Shown here one piece after another: positions 1 to 13,300 of a DNA stretch of 64,000 nucleotides; within the stretch, counting starts at the first letter, position 1; each line of letters begins with the position of its first letter. This stretch comes from Adineta vaga. Taxonomy: Eukaryota > Animalia > Rotifera. The DNA lies in the NCBI GenBank assembly GCA_021613535.1, contig CP075497.1, positions 6,262,001 through 6,326,000 of the forward strand. Direction: 5' to 3'. The notes beneath the pieces were generated by a model. It was not told the origin of the DNA. It saw nothing but the letters and a program-made list of their open reading frames with translations, and did not search any database. The translations under genes and the position numbers were made by a program.

Positions 1-471
1 CTACATTTGCATAGTGTATAATTATAAACTTTAGGACTACGTTTTCTAAACTATGGTCAAAGAATAAACAAAACATTCATTTTTCTTTTCAATATTCATC
101 AAAACACAATAATCATCAATCAAGATAATATCTTACAATGAAGAAGGTATAAATCAGCTGGTGGCATATATACATTTTCATTGGTACAAGTGACATATTG
201 ATCTGATCAATGATTATCAAATGAATGCCAAACAATACTTCAAAATCATTTATTTCCTTCTCTCTCTCTCATATCGCGTTTTCAGCATCAACATTGTATC
301 AAACATTCCATATAGTACTGACTATTAAAAACACATGCCTTTACGGATGTCGTTAATTACATTTATATAGAATCTACATTCAAAGATCAATAAATATAAA
401 CATTACATACTGACAACAACGAGAGAAAATGAAAATAGTTTAATAAATATATATCACTATTAATTTTGTTT

Positions 472-3400
472 CTAATGTCTTGCACTGTTCATATTTCGAC
501 TTGTATACATATCATTAAATCCAAGTCGAGATACAGATGTATTCGATGATGCATAATTGTCATATGTATTATCATCACCAGAAATATTTTTCCTTAACAA
601 AATATATCAAAGTATTCATCAAACAGAAATTATTGTTCGACTTACTTTTTCTTCTTACGTTTTTCTATTGGAATGTTACTAAAATAAAGAATGCATAAGA
701 TCTTTTACGAAAAAAAAATTCCAATTATTTGTTTACTTTGCATCTAGTTCGATATTTTCTTCACCTTTCATTGCATTTTCAATGGCTGCTTGAATGACTG
801 GTGCTACAACTGGACCTTCGTAATCTCGAGTTGTTCGTGTAGGATGATCCAATTGAAGCAACATAATATTTTCACCCTAATTGAAAAGAATTTTGATTCC
901 TTTTAGTTTCGAAGATAAAATCATACTCTGAAATGAGCAATTTCTGGGATTGAACCAGCTTCAGAATTTGAAGTTAATGGACGAAGTGTATGACGATTAG
1001 ACATTGGTCGAGCAGCCATTTGATCTCTAGAAAATGAAATAAATGAACGCTCGATTTGATGTTTTTTCAATATAGTTTACGTTTCTTTTGATAATTCTTT
1101 CAATGTCCATTTATTATGTTGATCATCAAATTGAATTCGTTTATATAATCGTTCACGTTCATCCATAGGAATGAAATTTTCAATAATTAATTGAAATAAT
1201 TTTGCTTGTTTTTGGATTTCTCGTTGTTCAGCTTCGAGTTCCTCCCGTGCAGTTCGATGATGTTCAGTCACTTCTGTCTTTTTTGCTTCAAGTTTTTTTA
1301 ATTGTTTAGATAATTTATCTCGTTTTGTTCGTTTATCTTCTACTTCTTCTTTAATGCTCGTATATTTTTCATTGATAGTTTGTCGTTCTTCTTCACCTTG
1401 TGCTAATCGTTGTTGAACTTCACGATGACGACGTTCAGCTTCAACAATTAAACGTCTAAAATCAACTCCTATTTCAATTGATTGATTTAAATATAACTAA
1501 ACAAACCGTTTTTGTCGAAGAATTTCTTCTTGTTCACTCGTATGTGTAACAATATCTTTTCCACCGGTGATTAATTTCGATTCCATTTGTTGAATTTTAT
1601 GTTGCATTTCACGACGTTCTTCTTGTTGACGTTCAATCGCTTGCTTTTGATCTTCTAATTCTCGAAGTAAACTTTCTCGTTCGTTTTCTAATCAATCAAA
1701 TAGTAAAATTTCTCTTTTTCAGTATACCGATTTTTATACGAACCATTTATATTTTTCTTATGAAGAATTGTTCGTTTTTCTTCATTGAGTTTATCTTGTT
1801 GTTCCTTTAAAAATAATTCTTCATCATTTTGATCACCATCACCATCATCATCATTCTCATTTCCATCGCGATTACCACGACGACGAGATTTTCGTCCACT
1901 TTTTCCTTTTCCATCTAATCGTTCTTTTAATCGTGCTATCTCATCTTGAAATTTACGTAATAATGCATCTTTAGGATCTTCATTAATACGTGGTTGATTT
2001 TTAATATTTTTAGCACGATTTGCATAACTAAAATATACACCGAATTCTTTTAGCATAGAGAATATAAGAAAAAAATAAAAATATCTGTTAATTATGATTA
2101 GTATAATTAGTTTTTTTTAATCTAATAAGCATTACTATTATTTAAATTACTTGAAAATATTTCGAAAATATCGATGAAAAACCTGTTCATTTAATATTAC
2201 AAAATATAGTTTTAAATATAATCAATTTTTACCGAAGCGTTGTTAATGATTCTTCATAATTATAATCAGCAGGTCCAAGTGTTGCAATCATAATTGTTTT
2301 GGAATTACCACCAAGTGAATCTGAAAGATATATCTTATTATCTCTTTATATAATTAATATATTTATATACTTTGTAATAAACGAGTTAATTTTGAATCAC
2401 GATATGGTACATGAGAACTACCATCAACAAGTGCAGAAATTACATTACCGAGAACAGAAAGTGATAGATTTATATTTGTTGCTTCTTTAAAACGTTCTCC
2501 CTAGATTAATAGAAACGTAATTCTATCTATGCTATTATTCTTATCAATCAAAATCTCACAGTTGATCCCGTTTTTGCTTGACGTTCACTTCCAGCTAAAT
2601 CAACAAGGTTGAGTTTTCCAACTCGAATATGAGCTTGACCATCAACACCAACCTACAAATCACAATTACAATTGAATTATTCTAAACGAAATATTTCATG
2701 CAAATAATTACTTCACTACTTTCGACAGTAATTATAAAAATAGCATGTGATCGTGAACTATGTTCATTCATATTTGTTGCTCTAATAACAAGAAAAAACA
2801 TTGATAAGCAAAGTTTTGAAGATATAATAACTGAGTAACGTTACCCTGTTGATCGATTTAAATTTCCTGTTGTCATAACATGTTCGATTTCTTGCATATT
2901 TTTTGTTATAAATGAACTGAGATCATGTACATGAACACCTTCTTTAGGATGTTCTTGTAATTGTAAACGTTTATTTTGATCTTTTGATAGAAGATCACGA
3001 ATACTTTCCTTGAAGAACAAAAAGAAAACCCGGAATCTCTTGCTTATAAAGAATATTCATATAAAAGAATCTTTACATTGTAAATTTCTAAATAAGAAGC
3101 TCGAACGAGAAATTGTCGAGATGTTGTATGTGCAATTGAATCAAAAACATGTGCAAATGATGATGGAATAATTCCACGTAATTCCACTTGTGATCGAACA
3201 CCTATTTTATTTTATACATCGAATAAGACAATGTTTCTCAAATAGATATTCAATTCTTTACCTTCCATGGTAAATGTTTTGCCGGTACCCGTTTGACCAT
3301 AAGCAAATATTGTTCCATTGAAACCTTCAATGACTGAATCAACAAGAGGTCGTGCTGTTTGTTCATAAACATCTCTTTGTTTTGAACTAAAATAATTTTA

Positions 3401-3781
3401 ATGAGAAGATAAAGACGAAGATTTTCTTTTACTAACTTCCAATCATAAACAGCATCGAAGTAAAAATTATGTGCGTCTTCACCTGTATTACGTTGCGAAA
3501 GGTCAGTCATTGGTCGTCGAATAGATATTTGCCGATGTTGACCATCGATATTCACTACTCTGATATAATAAAATAATGAAGAGATATTGAAAGAATAAAA
3601 TTATAAGAAGAATAACCTATCACAACCAGATTCTTGTTCTTTCTCACTCATCGGCCGACATCGTACGACGACTCGAACAGATTCATCTTTACCCTTACTC
3701 GCTGCCGTAGTTGGACGTGGCTACAAAAAAATCGTTCATAAATCCATCAGATACAACTGAACAAAATATTAGATTTACCAT
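472..3781 (-). CDS. KIF3B: Kinesin-2 motor subunit KIF3B-like (multi-exon)
   Basis: The first coding exon is only ATG (3779-3781) followed by GTAAAT. Exon 2 reads [28 protein letters not shown]. Motor motifs present: [57 protein letters not shown]. The tail [30 protein letters not shown] is typical of KIF3B/C. Stop TAG at 472-474. Confidence 0.92.
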
Positions 3782-3882
3782 TTTTGCAGCTTCTAACAAT
3801 ATAAATATGACGTCCTATGTACTATTATTTAACAGCTGTCAACTTTTTCCTCACTACCACACATCATCATCAGCTCATATTA

Positions 3883-3894
3883 GTTACTAAGGAC
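3883..3894 (-). promoter_or_regulatory. Candidate RFX X-box (GTCCTTAGTAAC) upstream of the kinesin-2 gene
   Basis: An AGTAAC half-site with a GT..AC imperfect inverted repeat lies ~100 bp upstream of the ATG of an IFT motor gene. It is shorter than the canonical 13-14 bp box. Confidence 0.3.
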
Positions 3895-4185
3895 TTTTCA
3901 TTGGTGCAATTTCTAGCGAATACTCATGAAAATTATAGATAGAAATAGAATAGAAAGAAAGTCGACTTGTTTTAGATAGTTACTCTGTTTTCTTCCTCAA
4001 TTCATATTTACCGTTGAAAGGTAACTTTTCTCATCGTATTCAATCGAAAAGTATGATCAATCACGTTCACCTTGCATCTCTTCTTGATATTTATCAAAGG
4101 CAATATCTTTAAGCATTATACATGTGAGATTTTACTTCGAAAAAAATTTTTTTAAGTTTTTAATGTTCATTTCTATCATTCAATG

Positions 4186-5194
4186 TTATTGATGCTGTTC
4201 ATGTGTTTCGAATTCTGGTACTATTGCATTATTTGATGAAAATATCTCGTCATCTACCAATTGTATATGTTCTCGACTAGACATTTCACTTAAACACGTT
4301 CCCAAACCAGTTGTTAATGGTTGAATATTATCAAAAAAGAAGGCATTAATTTGTGCACATATAACGAATAATAAGCCGAATAAATAAAATAAAAGTAAAA
4401 TTATTATTATGAAACCCAATTGACCAACATAATCAGCCATAAATTCATGGACATATAACGGAAAAATTAAGAGAAGAAATTGTAAACCAACTGCAGCAAC
4501 TAATGAACCACACCATCTAAATAAAAATGAAACAATAGGATTCTAAAAATAAAAGATATGATTTCTTTTTTGTTACATACGTTTGTCTCCAACTCATTGG
4601 ACGTTTTGGTAAAATAGTATAAATCAATTGAAAGAATATAAATGAAAATACTCCACTAGAAACTGTTGTTAAAAATTGATAAAATGATTCATGTTTTTCC
4701 AAAATAGCTGGTACTGATGAAAATATAATAATAAATGGCATAATTGCAACAAAAGCTAGAATCATTTTAATCGCAAGAATATTTTGGTTGAGTATGGTTC
4801 GTTCACGTATACGATAAATAATTGTTAAAACATCATCAAAACCAATAAATAATCTTGAGCCAGTAAATAATGATATAACAAAACTAATAATAAAAATTAA
4901 ACCAGCCTGTGTTGATAATGAATGAAGTAATGCATCGATAACATCAGTAAGACCTTGTTCTGGAAAGGCTTTTACTAAACGATCTCGAATTCGATTTTGA
5001 AATTTAGGATCATTCCCAAAGACTAAACTGACGACAGCAAACATACTTAATATCAATGGTAATAAAGATATTAGTAGATAATAAGCAATTAAGGCAGCCA
5101 AGGAAAATGACCAATCATAGATGATTTTCCATGCAAATAAAGATAATTTTCCATTGATACGATCCAAATTCGTTTTTGTAGTACTGAATGACAT
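4186..5194 (-). CDS. yihY: YihY/virulence factor BrkB family inner-membrane protein, bacterial-type (2 exons; intron 4517-4580)
   Basis: LAALIAYYLLISLLPLIL, SLFTGSRLF..FDDVLTIIYR, IYTILPKRPMSWRQT|WCGSLVAA and GQLGFIIIILLLFYLFGLLFVICAQINA follow the YihY pattern. A 64-nt GTATGT...TTTAG intron joins ORFs 4517..5194 and 4186..4440 in frame. Confidence 0.85.
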
Positions 5195-7375
5195 AGTTTG
5201 TTTTTCTGTTTCGTTTGAATGAAACCTTATGTTGTTATTATATTCGATGCCCTATTGCTTCTCCATTAAGACAGAACGACAAAGAGAGGTAGAAGTGTAT
5301 TTCTTATATAGACGCTACTTTATCGACACCCACACGTTAAACAAGCTGACTCGTCGATGTTATTGCAAGCGAAAAATTATATTACATATACATTTTGATT
5401 TTTGTATATAATGTCGAGAAAGAGAAAGTTTTGTCAGAGCAATTCTATTGAAAACAAAAATCGATTGTACAAATATTCTATGAAACATTTATTCCAATTG
5501 ACTGTGTATAATCTCTATTTTCGTGCTGATAGAAAATACAAGATACTACCAACAGAGAATAAGACATATATATCATTGATAGATCTACTATTGAAACAGA
5601 TGGTTTTTATTCGCAATCAGAAAAGGATTTGAAATATTAGGTTCTTACTCATTTTTCTCTTGTCATATTAAAAAATATTTATCATGAAGAAAGGAAAAAG
5701 TCGATTCAAATTAATTTTATGTTTATGTCTTCACATATATATGAGAAGAAAACGTTTATATTCATCTTCACAATTGCTTTTGTCCTTTATCTAATCCGAT
5801 TAAAATTATCTTAAATGATCTCTATTCTTTTTAATCATTGAATCAGCAGACATTAAAACAATCATGCAACGATCAATTTCATTCATTTTTCTTCTCTTTC
5901 TTAAATGTCTATTCAATGGATTAGCATATCGTAACATATCATTCGATATCAAATTTAGAATCTAATTTTATCTTTATAATGATCTTAATATATCTTATTG
6001 AATAAAAACTTGTCACTGTCATTGTTCTCACTTTATATTAGATAGTTAGATGATAATAGAACATATCATCCGTATATCTTTTTGTTTAATCAGTGAGATT
6101 TATCTGTGATCACTTAATAACACTTCGATTTTTAAATAGGCATTGTTCTTGTTGACTATGAACATAAAATAAAAGTAACGTTTATGAATAATGAAAGAGC
6201 GGTTCATACATATTGGTTGTATGTTTTTGATTCTGTCTTTTATCGTTTATCGAAGATTAGTGAAGAAAAACAAGCTTGTTCTCTGACGACTTCCGTTTGC
6301 CTTCGACTAGTACTGCTGCATTGTTACCCTTGGAATATGGGACAATGCGATTCTTTCATCTTTATTCATGTGGATTAAGGTCACATTTGTTCAGAAGAAA
6401 ATTTTTTACCTCTCAAGGCAATACAACTCAATCGGAGCGACAATTAGGTCGAGTTCATTCTTCTCTCTCTCTCTCTTTTTGCAGTCTTCAACTTCAACAA
6501 TTAAAGAGCAGCTGGAGTGGACTTGTGAATGATCTTTCATTTTTTTTTCTTCGTTTGCTTTCTCCCTATTGCGGTTTTTTTTCTACTCTAATTAGATCTG
6601 ATTACTTTATCGTTCATTCATATTTCATACTCGAAAATTTACACGTGTGTGCACATATCGTGAAGTATAGAGTTCAATTAAAATCTACATGTACATTTCA
6701 AAAATGTGCTTGAGTGTGAAAGATGATACGATAACAAGGACAGGTTCAATAGACAAGTAGACAACGTCTGTTTTACTCCTACTATAGAGAATGATAAGTA
6801 TGAATCAACAAATAAGAGTATTTACATGTCAAAAGAAAAACATAACATCTTCAGTAGAGAGATTCTTTTTTTTTCACTTTAATTGGGTCGTTGGATAGAT
6901 AAATGTCTCTGATAGTCATTTCTTTACATTATCGTTGAGAACGGGGACGACTAACGTGTACATGCCAAGTTGAAGAGAAAAAGAGATTATGGGATGTTAA
7001 CATATCTAATTTCGTCGTTCATCATCAACGTATGCACGAGTCTCCTCCTTACGAAATTAAAATGTCAACTCTACATATTTCCTCTTTCTCCTCCTCTTCT
7101 TCTTCTTCTTCTTGATCATCTTCATTTAATAAGAGGTCAGTCATTTCGTTGTTTTACGTTTTTTTCTGTTTCTCCGACTCATTTTCGTTCGTTTACTTTT
7201 CTTTTATTTTGTTTGATGTTTTTGTTATTTTTCGATTTGACCTGTCCGCCCTTTGGTCCACATACGTGTATGTAATGGATATAGAAGATGATGAATCGAT
7301 GATTGTTCACATGCGTTGTCATTACTGACGAAAGACAGAACATTAAAATAAACAGCGCTAATTGGAGATGACAAA

Positions 7376-10300
7376 ATGTATCCGACAAATCTTCAAGGTA
7401 AAAAAATCAAAGAAAATTTGTCGTTTTTTTCTTTATAAACAATTCAAATTATATCTTCTTTTTTTCTAGCCTTTACTTTTATTCTTTTCTTTGGACAAAT
7501 TTCAACGAAAAGTCTAAGTTTTAGTTATCGTACATGTTTACCGAATATTGATTTAATTCATATTGAACATATACATCCATTGAACAGTCAACATTTTCAA
7601 TTAATTACGAAAGATTTCCGTTTAAACATTATCTATACATATCAACTACAAAAACATCGATTTCAATTCGGAAATCTAAATCCTTCCATATCGAATCTTT
7701 CAAATTTTGATTATCAATTTCAATCTGCAATTAATTATTATCATCAGATAGACACATGGAATTTTGTAAATGTGACATTCGATGATAATTTATCACGTGT
7801 TTTTATTTCATTTAATAATGATGAAACAAGATTGATACCTTTACTTGATTATCCACTATTATTTCAAAATACAACAGCAACACAAGAAACAAAATTAAAT
7901 GTTCAAATATTAATTCCTGAGCAAGATCAAAATGTGACATGTTTATTACCATATGATGGTTTTGAGATAAATAAGAACAGTCTTTGTTCGACAGACATTA
8001 AAACATGTGGTTAGTAATGATTTGATAGATTCATTTCTATTGTAATCATTTATTTCTTTTTTAGAATATCGGACATGTAAATCGTTGAATAGTGCAGAAC
8101 AGTATTGCCCACTTTTTAAAATGTTTGATTGTCATCCATTTACTGGTAAATAGAATTGAAGATTGAAAGCAATACATTTGTTTGTTTTTCAATCGATCTT
8201 AGATTTGGAATGTGGTTTAAAATCAATACCTGTTCGTTGTTCATCTAATCATTGTCAAAATCATGGTATATGTCATATAGATATTGTACAAAATATTTCA
8301 AAGTGTATTTGTCCATCTGGTAAAAAATTTCTGGGTCTTGTCTTTTTTTGTCTAAACAAATTCATCTTTGTAAGGATTTGCTGGTGATCAATGTCAATAT
8401 TCAATTGATGAATGTCAATCAAATCCATGTCCAACTCAAAGCAAATGTATTGATTTACCAAATGGTTATACTTGTGTTTGTGGTATGCAATTGATTGAAT
8501 CAATTGAAAAGAAATGATGGTTTTGTTTTTCTAGATCCAGGATGGACTGGTTTTGATTGTTCAGAAGACATTGATGAATGTCGAACTGTAAAACCATGCA
8601 AAGCAGCAAGACGTTGTATCAATCTACATGGATCGTATAAATGTGATTGTTTTGAAAGTTTTACTGGACAAAATTGTGAAATGGTATGTATAAACAAAGA
8701 TTTTTTCTTTTGATAATTGCATGTTTAAAGTCATTTTTCACTTTCAATCATGATAAGACTCGAAAAGAAGATAAATCCTTCATTATTAACATGCATTTTT
8801 ATGAACTCATTCAAATCATTTCTTACAATTGATAAATCAATTTATCATTTAGATAACAGTCTCGTAAACATCAGTATATTTATTCATTACATTTTATTTT
8901 CTGTCAAATACTATCTATCGTTAGAAATTTATCACATTGTCGTTGTATTTCATACTAGTACTTTAATCATACCAATTATTCACCATAACATATCTAATTA
9001 GTGAGACAAAATGAGATTGAATTTTTTTCTCTTTAATCTTCATCATGTCTCGGTAGACACATATCAGTATCGAAATATGACCTCTCATAGTTCATGAACC
9101 AGTAACATTCTTCTGTGCGTATGTTTTTTTCTTTTTGGCGGGGGGAGGGAGTTAAGACTACCTTAAAATGTATTAAGATGATTTGTAAACTAAAGAATTT
9201 TTCTTTAGACACTTGATCCATGTATATCTCAACCATGTTTGAATAATGCAACGAAATGTCATCCAATTCTTGATCGTGATAATGTTCTGTATCATTGTAC
9301 ATGTCAATCAGGCTTTACGGGTTCTCATTGTGAAACAAATATTAATGATTGTGAAGGAATTACTTGTTCAAAAAGTAATACTGAATGTATTGATGGAATT
9401 AATTCATTTGATTGTCAATGTAAAACAAATTTTAAACGAAGTATTTGATTCATTAGAGGAAGAAAAGAATTAAGAAGTGAATAAAATATTTCTTTTTTTT
9501 TCTAAGTTGGGCATGGTGAATGTGTCGAACAAAATCCCTGTGATTCATCACCATGTCATCAAAATGCAACTTGTTATAATTTAAATGGTGGACAATATCG
9601 TTGTATGTGTCCACCGACATATACAGGTATTCGATGTGATGAAGATATTGATGAATGTTCTGTCTTTCCATTTATTTGTCGAAATGGTGGATCGTAAGTT
9701 TGCTTTTTGTTTCGTTTACAAATGACTTTATCTCTTCTAAAGATGTGTTAATGAAATTGGTTCATATCGATGTTATTGTGCACCAGGTTGGTTTGGTCCA
9801 ACATGTGCTAAAGCAATTGATTATTGTCTTTCTCAGCCATGCAATCGAAATGGAACATGTATTAATAAAGTAATTGATTTTTTTTTGAAAACGAAAGTCA
9901 AATTCAATGAATGAAACGAATCATTTTCAGATCAATGGTTTTGAATGCCGTTGTTTATCACCATACACAGGTGATGTATGTCAGTATGATATCGATGAAT
10001 GTTTGATTGAACCTTGTGCTAACAATGGTACATGTTATAATTACATCGGTGGATTTCATTGCCAATGTCCAACAGGTTACTTTGGTATGAGATGTTGTTT
10101 TTGTTTTTTAATAAAAGAAAGTCAATAACAATTAATCTTATCATTATGATAGGTTTTCATTGTGAATATCCACCATTAGAATGTCAACGTTTACAACAAG
10201 CAAGTTTAGCTACGAATTGTAATGATCCTCATTTGTGTGTTGTCAATGATACAGAAAAACTGAAACAAATTAATCAATTAACAACAAATACATGTCGAAC

Positions 10301-13300
10301 AGAACGCGATCGAATACTTGATAATTATTTTGCATGTATTAATTTTAATGAACATAAATTCAACTATTGTCGATGTCCTTCAGGTAAATAAATAGATGAT
10401 TCTTTTTTCGTAAGATTTCTTCTTCATTCTATTCACACAAATTCGAGATTGTAGTTTAATTGTATATTAATATTCTATTTAGATATTTTCCCATGTGCTG
10501 ATAATTATACAGAAACTATTGGTAGATCTTTGCTCTCAAAATCATCTTGTCCATGTCGAAATGGTGGTAGTTGTTATTGGAGTAATGGAACAGACTATCG
10601 ATGCTATTGTCCTCCTGGTTTAACTGGTAGAAATTGTCTTATACAAATTGATCATTGTGCAAGTCGACCATGTTATAACAATGGTACTTGTCTATCACAA
10701 TTAGATCGTTTTACTTGTCAATGTCCATCGGAATATCGAGGTATTTATTGTCAGATATTTATTGATCCATGTGAAAATAATCCATGTTTTAACGATGGCA
10801 TATGTGAACGAAACAACCAAACAAAATATCGATGTAATTGTTTAACTAATTACACAGGTAGACATTGTGAAATATTTCAAACACCTTGTTTATCTCGTCC
10901 ATGTCAAAATCATGGCAAATGTTTTAATCATAATCATACATATGAATGTCAATGTTCATTAAATTATCAAGGTAAATCATGTGAACATAATCGTGATTTA
11001 TGTCAACTAAATTCGAATCAAAACTTCTGTCTCAATGGTGGTTCATGTTTGATTACTAATCAATTCATTCAATGTTTATGTTTAGCCGGTTTTACTGGTC
11101 TATTTTGTGAAGTGAATATCGATGAATGTTACACAAATCCTTGTTCATCACATGGTGAATGTCTTGATCTAATTAATGGTTATCAATGCCGTTGTGAAAC
11201 AGGATGGTACGGTTATCATTGTGAAAATAAACAAAATGAAATCAGTAAATCATTTATTTATCATACAAGTTTATCATCAACATTTCATTTACGTTCTTCA
11301 TCGATTAATATTTCGAAAAGTTTACCTTATCGTCATTCATCATTACCAATTCGTATTCAATATGAATTTCGTACAACATTAAAACGTGTTTCATTACTTT
11401 CCATTGGTCAACGTTTTAAACAAGAATTAATTGATCAACGTATATTAACTAATTTAGATAATAAAACATTATTAGTGACATCGTTTGACTACGATGAAAA
11501 ATGGCTAATGATGAGTATTGAAGTCTTTCATTTATGGATTGATGTACGAATTGGAAAAAATTCTCTTTCACAACGATTTTATATTTCCAATTCATCATTA
11601 GCAAATTTGATAAATAATCAAGTGATTTTCGGTTTAGAAAATTATTCAGGTTGTGTTAGAAATATTGAAATAACGTATAGTCAAGTTTACTCGATTTTAT
11701 TGACTGATCAATTAATTGAAACGAATGAAAATCGAACATTAGGTTGTGAGAGGTACGTATAGTTTGTATTTCTTTTTGGATTAATGAAATACTTGTTTTC
11801 AGAACGAATGCTTGTCAACATTCGATTTGTCGGAAGAACGAAATATGTCATGATCATTGGTTTTATCATATATGTCAATGTCAACGACCTTTCTTTGGTG
11901 AACATTGTGATCAAAGTAAAAATATGTCGATTTCTCATTATTATTTTTCTATTTGTTTGATTTTTTTTCAGTTGCTCCAATTGTTTCATTCAATGAACAT
12001 AGTGTAGCAAATCTAGTCTATTCAGTTCCTATATCCAACATTTCACTTTTCTTCAATACATTACAATCCAATGGTACTCTATTTGAACTGATTTCCTCCC
12101 CGAAACAACGTCGATTTACTCGACATACTTCATCAATAAATCGATCATCGCTATCACGAATAACTGGAGGATTAATTAATGGTCATTTTCGATTGATTAT
12201 TATTGATGATGGTCCTAAACGACAAGAATATGAATTACGTAGTGAACAAACATTAAATGATGGTTATGCACATAAGATTCAACTTGATTTAGATAATTAT
12301 CGTTTACTTATCGATGATATTTATAATGAAACATTAACGAAAACGAATCATACATTTGTATCTAAGCAAGTTGAATTACTTGGTGATGGTTTACTTCAAG
12401 GTTGGTTACAAGATATACGTATCAATGATCAATTAATCCCATTTGATCAAAATAAAAAATTAACTAACGATTTTAATTTAACTCTTTTTAATATGAATTC
12501 AATTCAAACGAATCCATGCTATCCAAATAATCCATGTTTAAATCAAGGCAACTGTCGAATAACCAACTCACAAGATTATTTGTAAGTTTTTTTCTTACAT
12601 TTAAGTGCTACATCATACACTATTATTACTTTCTCTTTTTGTTTTTTTGTTAGACGATTAAACTTTGAGTAGAGACTATAATCTTCATTATTCTTTCTCA
12701 TCTCTCATATATTCTTTTGTCAAGAGTAGAATGTATACATTTCTTTTCTCTTTCGTTTGACAATACATTTCGTTCATCATCTATCAGACGGATGATCTTC
12801 TATCATCGAAATAATTGAACAAAAAGAAAATAATAATGTTGGATAAACTTTCAATAGAAGATCGGTTTCTCATACTTATTTATTTTCTTTCATTTTTATT
12901 ATTAATCAGATGTCAATGTGACACAAGTTGGTTTGGAAGAAATTGTTCGGAACCAAATATTTGTAATTATCATAATACTAGCCTCTGTCCAAATGGATTT
13001 ACTTGTAAAATTATCGATGAAAATCAAGAATGTAAGTCGAAATTCAATTCTTTGTTAAAAATATACATTACAAAATTCATTTTTAGGTTTAGCAACTGCA
13101 ACATTCCAAGGTAATTCAAGTAGTTTAATTGCTACATTACATCATAGTTCAATATCTCAAATATCCAATGAATTATCGTTTCGTCTTCGTGCACGTTCTC
13201 AACATACACATTTATTAACAATAAAAAATTTATATACATCAAATCATTTTTCTTTATATTTATTTGGTGACAATTTAATCTATCGTGATTCAATTCGAAC

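Noticed and set aside
5229-7388. Several 60-145 aa ORFs between yihY and Crumbs
   Set aside because: Low-complexity F/L/I-rich translations of AT- and CT-rich promoter/UTR sequence, with no motifs or consistent splice structure.
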